A stretch of DNA of 61,338 nt, filler included. It is 4 parts of 4 records of this genome, joined end to end, with 100 filler letters (N's around TTAATTAATTAA, not from the genome) between each part and the next. Parts side by side here need not be neighbours in the genome. Positions count along the whole stretch, not along the records: positions 1 to 16,727 come from SRR20825010_5703; 3 more parts are not named here. The stretch is one strand, 5' to 3'. The notes beneath the pieces are model-generated. The model was given only the letters and a program-made list of their open reading frames with translations, ran no database searches and was not told the DNA's origin. A program made the position numbers and the translations under genes. This document shows, piece by piece, positions 1-8,052 of the stretch (positions are counted from its first letter, which is position 1; each line of letters begins with the position of its first letter).

Positions 1-288
1 TATGTATTGCTAACAACCACTGACACTCCCAATAAATCTGGGAATTATCAAATAACGAAGGAAAATGAATTTCTTGAAAATATAAGTTATAATTATAGCC
101 GAAACGAAAGTAAACTGCATTATTTAAATTCAGAAAATTGGAAAGGTGCGCAAGTGTACAAAAGCATAGACGACCTTTTTGAATCTATTGCAGAAGCCAA
201 TACCATCAATAGTTTTTGGAAATGGTTTGCTATTTTTGCATTGCTATTTTTACTAATTGAAATGCTTATTTTAAAATTTCACAAATGA
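1..288 (+). CDS. C-terminal fragment of a membrane-anchored protein (BatA-domain/N-terminal double-TM family-like), 5' end outside window
   Basis: Frame is open from base 1; ends in NYSRNES...FWKWFAIFALLFLLIEMLILKF, a C-terminal TM tail; stop overlaps next start (ATGA). Confidence 0.6.
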   Translation, partial: YVLLTTTDTPNKSGNYQITKENEFLENISYNYSRNESKLHYLNSENWKGAQVYKSIDDLFESIAEANTINSFWKWFAIFALLFLLIEMLILKFHK

Positions 289-1541
289 AGATTTTACTGA
301 AATCCGCCACCATTGTTGATGCTTCAAGCAAACACCATCTAAAAAAACGAGATGTTTTAATAGAGAATGGTAAAATTTCGAATATTGCTGCATCCATTCC
401 TTCTTCAGAAAAAATAAAGGAAATTAAATTGAAAAACCTTCACATTTCCCAAGGTTGGTTTGATAGTAGCGTTTCATTCGGTGAACCCGGTTTTGAAGAA
501 CGTGAAACCATTGAAAACGGGTTAAAAACAGCCGCTCACAGTGGTTTTACGAGTGTAGCTGTAAACGCAAATAGTTTTCCTGTAACAGATAGCAAAGGGC
601 ATATAAAGTTTATAAAATCGAAAGCAGAAGGGAATGCAGTAAACCTCTACCCTATTGGCGCGCTGACCGTTGGAAGTAAAAGTACTGATTTGGCTGAATT
701 GTTTGATATGCAAAACGAAGGAGCTGTTTCCTTTTACGATTATAAAAAACCAATTCAGAATGCAAATCTGCTTAAAATAGCCTTACAGTACACCCAAAGT
801 TTTGACGGTTTGGTACAATCGTTTCCTTTTGAAAAATCTGTAGCCACAAATGGAGTGGTTAACGAAGAAGCAAACAGTACACGATTGGGTTTAAAAGGAA
901 TTCCTGCACTTTCAGAAGAACTTCAAATAATACGAGATTTATATATTTTAGAATATACAGGCGGTAAACTTCATATTCCAACTATTTCAACAAAAAAATC
1001 TGTGGAGCTTATCCGTGACGCTAAGAAAAAAGGACTTAAAATTACGTGTAGCGTTGCTATTTTCAACCTTGCGCTGACCGATAATGTATTTGAAGGTTTT
1101 GATACAAATTATAAAATTCTTCCCCCCTTACGAACTCAAGATGATGTAAAAGCATTGTTGAAAGGGCTAAAAGATGGAACTATTGATGGCGTTACCAGCG
1201 ACCATAACCCAATTGATGTGGAACATAAAAAAACTGAATTTGAACATGCTCAGTTTGGAAGCATTGGTCTTGAAAGCTGCTTTGGAGCTTTAAACAAGCT
1301 GATAGGTTTTGAAGAATCGGTAAAAGCACTAACAGGTTTAAAAAATGCTTTTAATATTACTTCAGAAAAAATTGAAGAAGGCACTACTGCCGAAATAACG
1401 CTTTTTAATCCTGATGAAAGCTGGGAGTTTTTTGAAAAGGACATCGTATCTACTTCAAAAAACGCTGCCCTTTTAGGTACAAAACTTAAGGGAAAAGTGT
1501 ACGGAATTATAGCAAACAACCAATTGGCATTAAATAAATAA
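285..1541 (+). CDS. pyrC: Dihydroorotase-family protein (amidohydrolase fold), probably non-catalytic PyrC'-like
   Basis: GEPGFEERETI, GFTSVA, PPLR, DGTIDGVTSDHNP, GSIGLE motifs; the HxH metal motif reads DSSVS. Confidence 0.8.
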   Translation: MKILLKSATIVDASSKHHLKKRDVLIENGKISNIAASIPSSEKIKEIKLKNLHISQGWFDSSVSFGEPGFEERETIENGLKTAAHSGFTSVAVNANSFPVTDSKGHIKFIKSKAEGNAVNLYPIGALTVGSKSTDLAELFDMQNEGAVSFYDYKKPIQNANLLKIALQYTQSFDGLVQSFPFEKSVATNGVVNEEANSTRLGLKGIPALSEELQIIRDLYILEYTGGKLHIPTISTKKSVELIRDAKKKGLKITCSVAIFNLALTDNVFEGFDTNYKILPPLRTQDDVKALLKGLKDGTIDGVTSDHNPIDVEHKKTEFEHAQFGSIGLESCFGALNKLIGFEESVKALTGLKNAFNITSEKIEEGTTAEITLFNPDESWEFFEKDIVSTSKNAALLGTKLKGKVYGIIANNQLALNK

Positions 1542-1861
1542 TGAAAAATTCTTCCCCAAGAAAATCTACCGCTTTAATAGCTTACGCCCCATTTGTAGGC
1601 TTTTTGATAGCTTATTACATTAATAAGGATGAAAAGGAGTCTTTTACAACTTGGCATATAAAAAACATGTTTGGGCTAACAATTTTATTTATTAGCTCGC
1701 TTATAGTGCAATCGCAAATAAGTTATACTGTTGGCGATATTTTATGGTTGCTTTGCTGTATAATTTGGCTTTATTGTTGGGCAATGGCTTATTTCAGCAA
1801 AACGAAGGGGATTCCTTTTTTAAGTGAAAAATTCCAAGATTGGTTTACGTTTTTAGACTAA
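1541..1861 (+). CDS. Small 3-TM membrane protein (DUF4870-like)
   Basis: 106 aa hydrophobic; IAY..GFLIA, WHIKN and IPFLSEKFQDWF resemble the next ORF. Confidence 0.7.
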   Translation: MKNSSPRKSTALIAYAPFVGFLIAYYINKDEKESFTTWHIKNMFGLTILFISSLIVQSQISYTVGDILWLLCCIIWLYCWAMAYFSKTKGIPFLSEKFQDWFTFLD

Positions 1862-1914
1862 AGTATTGAGTATCTTTAACTGATTACAAAACACGAACCA
1901 AAAACTCAAACAAA

Positions 1915-2235
1915 ATGGAAACAACAGACAACGGCAAATTAGTTGCCATCATTTCATATTTTAGTCTAATAGGCTGGATTATCGCCTTAATACTAAATAA
2001 CGGAAACAAAACAACATTAGGCTCTTTTCATGTACGTCAATCTTTAGGCATTATGTGTGTGGGTGTGCTTTTAACCATGCTAGCAAGCTTTGTTAGTATT
2101 CCACTTTTAAGCTGGATAGTTTGGGCTGGAGTTGTTGTACTTTGGATTTTAGGAATTTTAAGTGCAATTCAAGCTGAAATGAAACCCGTTCCAGTATTGG
2201 GGGAACAATTTCAAGAATGGTTTAAAGGACTTTAA
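1915..2235 (+). CDS. DUF4870-like small membrane protein
   Basis: 106 aa; AIISY..IGWIIA, FHVRQSLG, KPVPVLGEQFQEWF. Confidence 0.75.
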   Translation: METTDNGKLVAIISYFSLIGWIIALILNNGNKTTLGSFHVRQSLGIMCVGVLLTMLASFVSIPLLSWIVWAGVVVLWILGILSAIQAEMKPVPVLGEQFQEWFKGL

Positions 2236-2250
2236 ATTTTAGAGAATTTT

Positions 2251-2303
2251 AACGAGACCTTTTATGCTGAAAATCGTTCAGTTTAAAAGGTCTTGTTTAT
2301 TTT
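2251..2303 (+). terminator. Probable intrinsic terminator hairpin
   Basis: AACGAGACCTTTTA...TAAAAGGTCTTGTT inverted repeat followed by a T-rich tract. Confidence 0.55.
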
Positions 2304-2311
2304 TGCAAACT

Positions 2312-2968
2312 ATGGAAAAACAGACTTTACTTTTAGAACATAATTACCGACCAGCACAGAATCCAACAGAAAATCCACCAGCTATAATTATGCTGCATGG
2401 TTTTGGAAGTGATGAAAACGATTTGTTTTCTTTTGCAGCCGAATTGCCAAAAAAATATGCAGTAATCTCACTAAAAGCACCAATTAGGCTTGAGCCCTAC
2501 GGAAATGCTTGGTATAACATCTATTTTGATAATGATCAAGGCAAATTTAGTGATGATGAACAGGCAATTGCTTCAAGAGAACTGGTGTCTAAATGTATCG
2601 ATGAAGTTATTGAAAAATATAAAGTAGCTAGCAACAACATTACACTTCTTGGGTTTAGTCAAGGTACAATTTTGAGTTTTTCAATAGCGCTTAGTTATCC
2701 TGAAAAAGTGAAAAATGTAATCGGCCTAAGTGGATATATAAATGAAAAAATATTAAAAGAAGGCTATTCTGAAAACGATTTCAACGCCCTTAATATTTAT
2801 ACTTCTCACGGCAGCGTAGACCAAGTTATTCCAGTAGATTGGGCTAGAAAAACGAAACCTTTTCTTGATAATTTAAATATAAATTGCTCGTATTCAGAGT
2901 TTCCAGTTGGTCACGGTGTTGCCCCACAGAATTTCTTTGAACTAAAAAACTGGCTTGAAAAACACTAA
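2312..2968 (+). CDS. Phospholipase/carboxylesterase (alpha/beta hydrolase)
   Basis: LHGFGS, GFSQG nucleophile elbow, HGSVDQVIP, GHGV; start moved to ATG 2312 because the track start lies inside the hairpin. Confidence 0.88.
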   Translation: MEKQTLLLEHNYRPAQNPTENPPAIIMLHGFGSDENDLFSFAAELPKKYAVISLKAPIRLEPYGNAWYNIYFDNDQGKFSDDEQAIASRELVSKCIDEVIEKYKVASNNITLLGFSQGTILSFSIALSYPEKVKNVIGLSGYINEKILKEGYSENDFNALNIYTSHGSVDQVIPVDWARKTKPFLDNLNINCSYSEFPVGHGVAPQNFFELKNWLEKH

Positions 2969-2996
2969 AACAAAATACATTTAGCCTTAAAATAAA

Positions 2997-3491
2997 TTAA
3001 TTGGGATAGAGAAATGAACTTATCGTTTTAAGTTCAAGTTTATTATTTTCACTAAAATAATATTCTAAAATCATTTCTCCCCAATATTTTCCATCAGTAA
3101 ATTCAGTAATAATCCATTTATGGTTTAAAAACTTCAACTTGTTTATTTTCATATCGCCGTCCATCCCTTCAAATGGAACTAATGGGTTGTTACCTTTCAC
3201 AAAATTGTATTCATAAATAGCATCAGAAACCATAGTTTCAACATCCTTAGCTTCATACCCCATATTTTCTAAATACGTCATTGCATTATCATTTCCTTGG
3301 AGTGTGAAATAATTTAAATCTGAAATTTTAGTGTGGAGCACTTCAATAGAATCACTTTCCTTCTGAACCGATTCCTGCAAGCGTTCTATTTGGTTTTCTT
3401 GCGCTTCAAAGATGCTCTTTTCATTCATATATTGATAAATTATAAAGAGTAAAGCGAAAAGAAACAGGTATAAAAATATTTTATTTCTCAT
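2997..3491 (-). CDS. Conserved hypothetical protein with N-terminal membrane anchor and short coiled coil
   Basis: 164-aa ORF, hydrophobic N-terminus, LNHKWII and YWGE segments; 2 nt downstream of the MBL gene. Confidence 0.7.
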   Translation of the reverse strand: MRNKIFLYLFLFALLFIIYQYMNEKSIFEAQENQIERLQESVQKESDSIEVLHTKISDLNYFTLQGNDNAMTYLENMGYEAKDVETMVSDAIYEYNFVKGNNPLVPFEGMDGDMKINKLKFLNHKWIITEFTDGKYWGEMILEYYFSENNKLELKTISSFLYPN

Positions 3492-3493
3492 AA

Positions 3494-4270
3494 TTATATA
3501 GTTATTGTAAGTGTATCATAAGCCAAATGTACGTTTTTAGGAAGTCTTTTTTCTACTGCTTCATGAAACCCCATTACGTGGCTAATATGTGTAAAATAAG
3601 TTGTTTTAGGTTTAACTTTTTCAACAAAATCTAATGCTTCAGAAGTATTGAAATGCGAATAATGCAATTCTTCACGAAGGGCATTTATTACTAAAATTTT
3701 TGTGCCACGTACTTTTTTAATTTCTTCATCTGAAATTGTTTTTACATCTGTTAAATAAGTAAAATCTTCCACTCGAAAACCTAAAACTGGAAGTTTATCG
3801 TGAAACGCTTCAATAGGAATCACTTTTTTCCCTCCAATAGTAAAAGGAGTGGTTTTATCAATTTCAACAGATTCTATACTTGGAGCCCCAGGATATTTAT
3901 TTACAGTAGCAAAAATATACGCAAAACGCTCTCGTAACGATTCAAAAACCCGCTTATGGGCGTAAAAAGGCATGTTTCCATGCTTAAAATTGAAGGGCCT
4001 AATATCGTCTAATCCCGCAGTATGATCACTGTGTTCATGTGTAAGTAGAATACCATCAACTTTTGAAACATTTTCGCGTAACATCTGCTGGCGGAAATCG
4101 GGACCACAATCAATTACAAAATTAAATCCATCCCAAGACAATAAAACAGATACCCTCAAGCGTTTATCTTTAGAATCGGTACTTTTACAAACCTCATGAT
4201 CACTACCAATTACAGGGATTCCTTGAGAAGTTCCAGTGCCGAGAAAGGTAACAGTGAATGTTGATTTCAT
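3494..4270 (-). CDS. MBL-fold metallo-hydrolase (PhnP-like)
   Basis: LGTGTSQGIP, DCGPDFRQQ, THEHSDHTAGLDD, YLTD, THISH. Confidence 0.92.
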   Translation of the reverse strand: MKSTFTVTFLGTGTSQGIPVIGSDHEVCKSTDSKDKRLRVSVLLSWDGFNFVIDCGPDFRQQMLRENVSKVDGILLTHEHSDHTAGLDDIRPFNFKHGNMPFYAHKRVFESLRERFAYIFATVNKYPGAPSIESVEIDKTTPFTIGGKKVIPIEAFHDKLPVLGFRVEDFTYLTDVKTISDEEIKKVRGTKILVINALREELHYSHFNTSEALDFVEKVKPKTTYFTHISHVMGFHEAVEKRLPKNVHLAYDTLTITI

Positions 4271-4275
4271 TCTTG

Positions 4276-4324
4276 CAAAAATACTGGTATTTTTTTTGTT
4301 TACCTATTGTATTTGCTACCTTTG
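4276..4324. promoter_or_regulatory. Divergent Bacteroidota sigma70-type promoters
   Basis: Plus strand TTTG (4295-4298) and TACCTTTG (4317-4324); minus strand TATTTTTG (4276-4283); both match the TAnnTTTG -7 consensus. Confidence 0.6.
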
Positions 4325-4349
4325 TTACTAAGAAATTTATATAATTGTT

Positions 4350-5801
4350 ATGCCGGAAACCATATTAGGTGACAAGGAATTTGAAAATATTCCATCCATA
4401 AAAAGTAAGGCTTTACGAATCAACCTCAACGAAAACATTTACGGTACTTTTGCCGAAATTGGAGCTGGACAGGAAACTGTGCGTAATTTTTTTAGGGCAG
4501 GTGGCGCCTCTGGGACCATTGCAAAAACAATGTCTGCCTATGATAAAGACTTTAGCGACGCTATCTACGGAATTGAAGAAGACGGAAGGTATGTTACTGA
4601 AGCTAGGCTTATTAAAATGCTTTCTCATGAAATAAACTTGATTGAGGAACGTATAATTCGTAAAAAACACCCAAACAAACTTTTCTTTGCCTTTGCAAAT
4701 ACTGTAGCTACTATCGATTTTGCAAAACAATATAAAGGGCATGGTTGGCTAGGTATTCGGTACCAAGTTGACCCTAAAGAACCTTATAATGAGATAACGC
4801 TTCACGTTCGTTTTCATGAAAATGATGCACAACTACAGCAAATTACACTAGGAATACTTGGTGTAAATTTAATTTATGGCGCATTTTATAAATACGATCA
4901 ACCAAAAAAATTGCTTCGTTATTTGTATGACCATATTGATAAAGATAAAATTGAAATAGACACGGTAAACTTTTCTGGACCTCGTTTTCAAGGTGTCGAC
5001 AACCGTTTAATGAGCCTTCAGCTTATTAAAAATGGCATGACAGATGCAGTTATGTTTGGCTCTGACGGCCATAATATATTGCCAGCGCGAATTCTTTATA
5101 AGAAAAACATTCTTGCTCTTCGCGGAAGTTTTAGACCTGTAACAAAGGTTAATATTGATATGTTTGAACGTTCATATGAAATGTTTCTCAATGAAAATAG
5201 AGTAGAAAAAGAACGTACTGAAGTTATTTTTGAAATCACTCTTTCAAACCTTCGCGCAGAAGGTGAAATTGATGAAGAGGATTTTATGGACCGCGCAAAA
5301 TTACTTTGCTCCCTTGGCCATACCGTAATGATTTCAAATTTCCAAGAATATTACAAACTGGTGGAATACTTTTCGCGATACACAAAAATGCGAATGGGCT
5401 TAGCAATGGGCGTTAACAACCTAGTTGATGTTTTTGACGAAAAATATTACCGTCATTTAAGCGGTGGAATTCTTGAAGCTTTTGGAAAACTTTTCTTTAA
5501 AGATTTGAAGGTATACCTATACCCAATGAAAGACCCTGAAACTGGAGAATATACTAATAGTGAAAACCTTAAAGTTCATCCACGAATGAAGGAGTTGTAT
5601 AAATTCTTCAAATACAACGGCAAAGTGGTTGATATTGATGAATATAATCCAGCAATTATGGATATTTTTTCCAGAGAAGTACTTGCCAAAATTGAAAATG
5701 GCGAAGAAGGCTGGGAAGAAATGTTACCTGCTGGTGTCTCTGAAATTATAAAAAGTAAAAATCTATTTGGGTGTAGACCTGAAGAAACGAAAGTTGACTA
5801 A
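4350..5801 (+). CDS. Nucleotidyltransferase-fold protein (NadD-like C-terminal domain, CinA/PncC-like N-terminal region)
   Basis: ALRGSFRPVT, AMGVNNL, MDIFSREV, MLPAGVSEIIKSKNLF parallel NadD motifs; N-terminal AEIGAG..GGASG..AY. Confidence 0.55.
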   Translation: MPETILGDKEFENIPSIKSKALRINLNENIYGTFAEIGAGQETVRNFFRAGGASGTIAKTMSAYDKDFSDAIYGIEEDGRYVTEARLIKMLSHEINLIEERIIRKKHPNKLFFAFANTVATIDFAKQYKGHGWLGIRYQVDPKEPYNEITLHVRFHENDAQLQQITLGILGVNLIYGAFYKYDQPKKLLRYLYDHIDKDKIEIDTVNFSGPRFQGVDNRLMSLQLIKNGMTDAVMFGSDGHNILPARILYKKNILALRGSFRPVTKVNIDMFERSYEMFLNENRVEKERTEVIFEITLSNLRAEGEIDEEDFMDRAKLLCSLGHTVMISNFQEYYKLVEYFSRYTKMRMGLAMGVNNLVDVFDEKYYRHLSGGILEAFGKLFFKDLKVYLYPMKDPETGEYTNSENLKVHPRMKELYKFFKYNGKVVDIDEYNPAIMDIFSREVLAKIENGEEGWEEMLPAGVSEIIKSKNLFGCRPEETKVD

Positions 5802-6250
5802 TTAAGTATTTGAGCTGCGTGCTCTTTGGTTTTCACTTTATCAATTACTCGATCAACAATTCCGTTTTCATTGATAACGAATGTTTTTCTATGAATTCCA
5901 TTGAACTCCCTGCCCATAAACTTTTTTGGTCCCCAAACACCAAAAGCGTTTATAACTTCTTTGTTTTCATCTGCCAATAATGGAAACGGAAAACGGTATT
6001 TTTCTTTAAAGTTTTTTTGTCTTTTTTCGCTATCAGCACTTACACCCAGCAACTCATAACCTTGTTGTTGTAATTCTTCATAATTATCGCGAAGGTTACA
6101 CGCTTCGGTTGTACAACCTGGAGTACTCGCTTTTGGATAGAAAAAAACAACCCATTTCTTCCCTTTATAATCTTCTGAAGAAATACTATTTCCATCCTGA
6201 TCGTTTACTGTAAAAGATGGAGCCTTATCCCCTGCTTGTAATGTTTTCAT
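5798..6250 (-). CDS. bcp: Thioredoxin-dependent thiol peroxidase (BCP/PrxQ)
   Basis: FYPKASTPGCTTEAC motif; probable start MKTLQAG at 6250. Confidence 0.93.
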   Translation of the reverse strand: MKTLQAGDKAPSFTVNDQDGNSISSEDYKGKKWVVFFYPKASTPGCTTEACNLRDNYEELQQQGYELLGVSADSEKRQKNFKEKYRFPFPLLADENKEVINAFGVWGPKKFMGREFNGIHRKTFVINENGIVDRVIDKVKTKEHAAQILN

Positions 6251-6281
6251 AATCCTTATTTTTGCATAAAAATACTTAAAA

Positions 6282-6938
6282 ATGACCAAGCAAGAAAAGG
6301 TAGTTTTTGTAATTGATACATTAAATGAAATTTATCCTCAAATTCCAATTCCTTTAGATCATAAAGACCCGTACACATTGCTTATTGCTGTGCTACTTTC
6401 TGCTCAAAGCACAGATGTTAGGGTAAACAAAATAACGCCTTTACTTTTTGAAGTTGCAGACAATCCCTACGATATGGTAAAACTTTCTGTAGAAGAAATT
6501 AGGGAAATCATAAAACCCGTTGGGCTATCACCGATGAAATCTAAAGGAATTCATGGACTTTCAAAAATGCTTATAGAAAAACACAATGGAATCTTACCAG
6601 CAGATTTTGAAGCTTTAGAATCATTTCCTGCCGTTGGCCATAAAACGGCAAGTGTGGTTATGAGTCAGGCATTTAATGTTCCAGCTTTCCCTGTAGATAC
6701 GCACATTCATAGACTAATGTACCGCTGGGGATTTACAAATGGTAAAAACGTAGTACAAACAGAAAAAGATGCAAAACGTTTGTTTCCAAGAGATTTATGG
6801 AATAGGCTTCACCTTCAAATTATTTGGTATGGAAGGCAATATTCTCCAGCGCGAGGCTGGGATTTGGAAAAGGATATAATTACCAAAACTATTGGTAGAA
6901 AAACGGTTATTAATGACTATTTAATGAAGAAAAAATGA
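6282..6938 (+). CDS. nth: Endonuclease III (HhH-GPD glycosylase) lacking the Fe-S cluster motif
   Basis: LLSAQSTDVRVN, AVGHKTA, FPVDTHIHR; upstream TATTTTTG -7 element at 6257-6264. Confidence 0.9.
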   Translation: MTKQEKVVFVIDTLNEIYPQIPIPLDHKDPYTLLIAVLLSAQSTDVRVNKITPLLFEVADNPYDMVKLSVEEIREIIKPVGLSPMKSKGIHGLSKMLIEKHNGILPADFEALESFPAVGHKTASVVMSQAFNVPAFPVDTHIHRLMYRWGFTNGKNVVQTEKDAKRLFPRDLWNRLHLQIIWYGRQYSPARGWDLEKDIITKTIGRKTVINDYLMKKK

Positions 6939-6963
6939 ATTTTAGACCGAACGGTTTAAAAAC

Positions 6964-6996
6964 AAAAAACCCTGAAACGTTAATTTCAGGGTCTTT
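6964..6996. terminator. Bidirectional intrinsic terminator between convergent genes
   Basis: AAAAAACCCTGAAA-cgttaa-TTTCAGGGTCTTT. Confidence 0.75.
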
Positions 6997-7003
6997 CCAA
7001 AGT

Positions 7004-7156
7004 TTAGTTTAGAAGCGCTTCAAACTTCAATTTATTATAATCTATAACACTTAAAGCCATTGAGTAATCCAGAAGAAATTTTATAGTTTCCTCTTTTGGA
7101 ACAAGTTTTTTATTCACGTCGTCCACACGTGATGTTTCAGAGTAAAATTTTTGCAT
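7004..7156 (-). CDS. 50-aa small protein missed by the ORF track
   Basis: Manual translation ATG(7156) to TAA(7004): MQKFYSETSRVDDVNKKLVPKEETIKFLLDYSMALSVIDYNKLKFEALLN; fills the gap between the sigma gene and the terminator. Confidence 0.75.
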   Translation of the reverse strand: MQKFYSETSRVDDVNKKLVPKEETIKFLLDYSMALSVIDYNKLKFEALLN

Positions 7157-7213
7157 AGAGTTGTTATTTCGAGGTTTATTTTCAAATAACGTCGCAAAAA
7201 TTATATTATTGTA

Positions 7214-7798
7214 TTAATTTGTTAATATAATATTATGTTTATCAATTACTTTACGCAAATTAATAAGTGCGTAACGCATTCTTCCCAGTGCAGTATTGAT
7301 ACTAACACCTGTTTGCTCACTAATTTCCTTAAAACTCATGTCTTTATAAATTCGCATCATTAAGACTTCTTTTTGGTCATCTGGCAGTTCTTGAATCAAT
7401 CTTCTTACATCGTTTTCAACCTGCCCTTTTATCATTTGTTTTTCAATATTTAGGGCATTATCACTCAACACTGAAAATATATTAAAATCAGTATTGTTTT
7501 CAAATTTGGGCATGCGGTTGTTTTTTCTGAAGTGATCTATCACCAAATTATGGGCGATACGCATAACCCAAGGTAGAAATTTTCCTTCCTCATTGTACGC
7601 ACCTCTTTTTAAAGTTCGAATAACTTTAATGAAAGTGTCTTGAAAAATGTCTTCAGAGACATCTCTATCAAATACTTTGGAGTAAATAAAACTGTAGATT
7701 CGTTGCTTATGGCGTATAATAAGTTCACCAAGTGCAGATTCGTCACCGTTAATATAGGCGTTCACTAGAAACGCGTCAGAGCTATTGCTTTGCTTCAT
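7214..7798 (-). CDS. RNA polymerase ECF sigma-70 factor
   Basis: Region 2 EDIFQDTFIKV...WVMRIAHNLVIDHFR; region 4 LPDDQKEV..MSFKEISEQTGVSINTALGRMRYA. Confidence 0.93.
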   Translation of the reverse strand: MKQSNSSDAFLVNAYINGDESALGELIIRHKQRIYSFIYSKVFDRDVSEDIFQDTFIKVIRTLKRGAYNEEGKFLPWVMRIAHNLVIDHFRKNNRMPKFENNTDFNIFSVLSDNALNIEKQMIKGQVENDVRRLIQELPDDQKEVLMMRIYKDMSFKEISEQTGVSINTALGRMRYALINLRKVIDKHNIILTN

Positions 7799-8052
7799 AT
7801 CAATACTTTTTTAAAAAATAAACAACTAGAGACTAGGTTGCTTGATTAAAATGTTTATTTGTTAAAAGTAAAGATCAGCTATAGGCAATATTTTTTTTAA
7901 ATGACGTTAAGAGCCGTAAATATAACAACAAAGAAATCACAAATGCAAAAAAAAGGTTAAATTTTTCTATAAATTAATAATAATAACTCCAAATGTGCTT
8001 TGATGAAACTGATATAGTATCTTTGTAAAAGCTATTAGAAAGGAGAAAAAAA

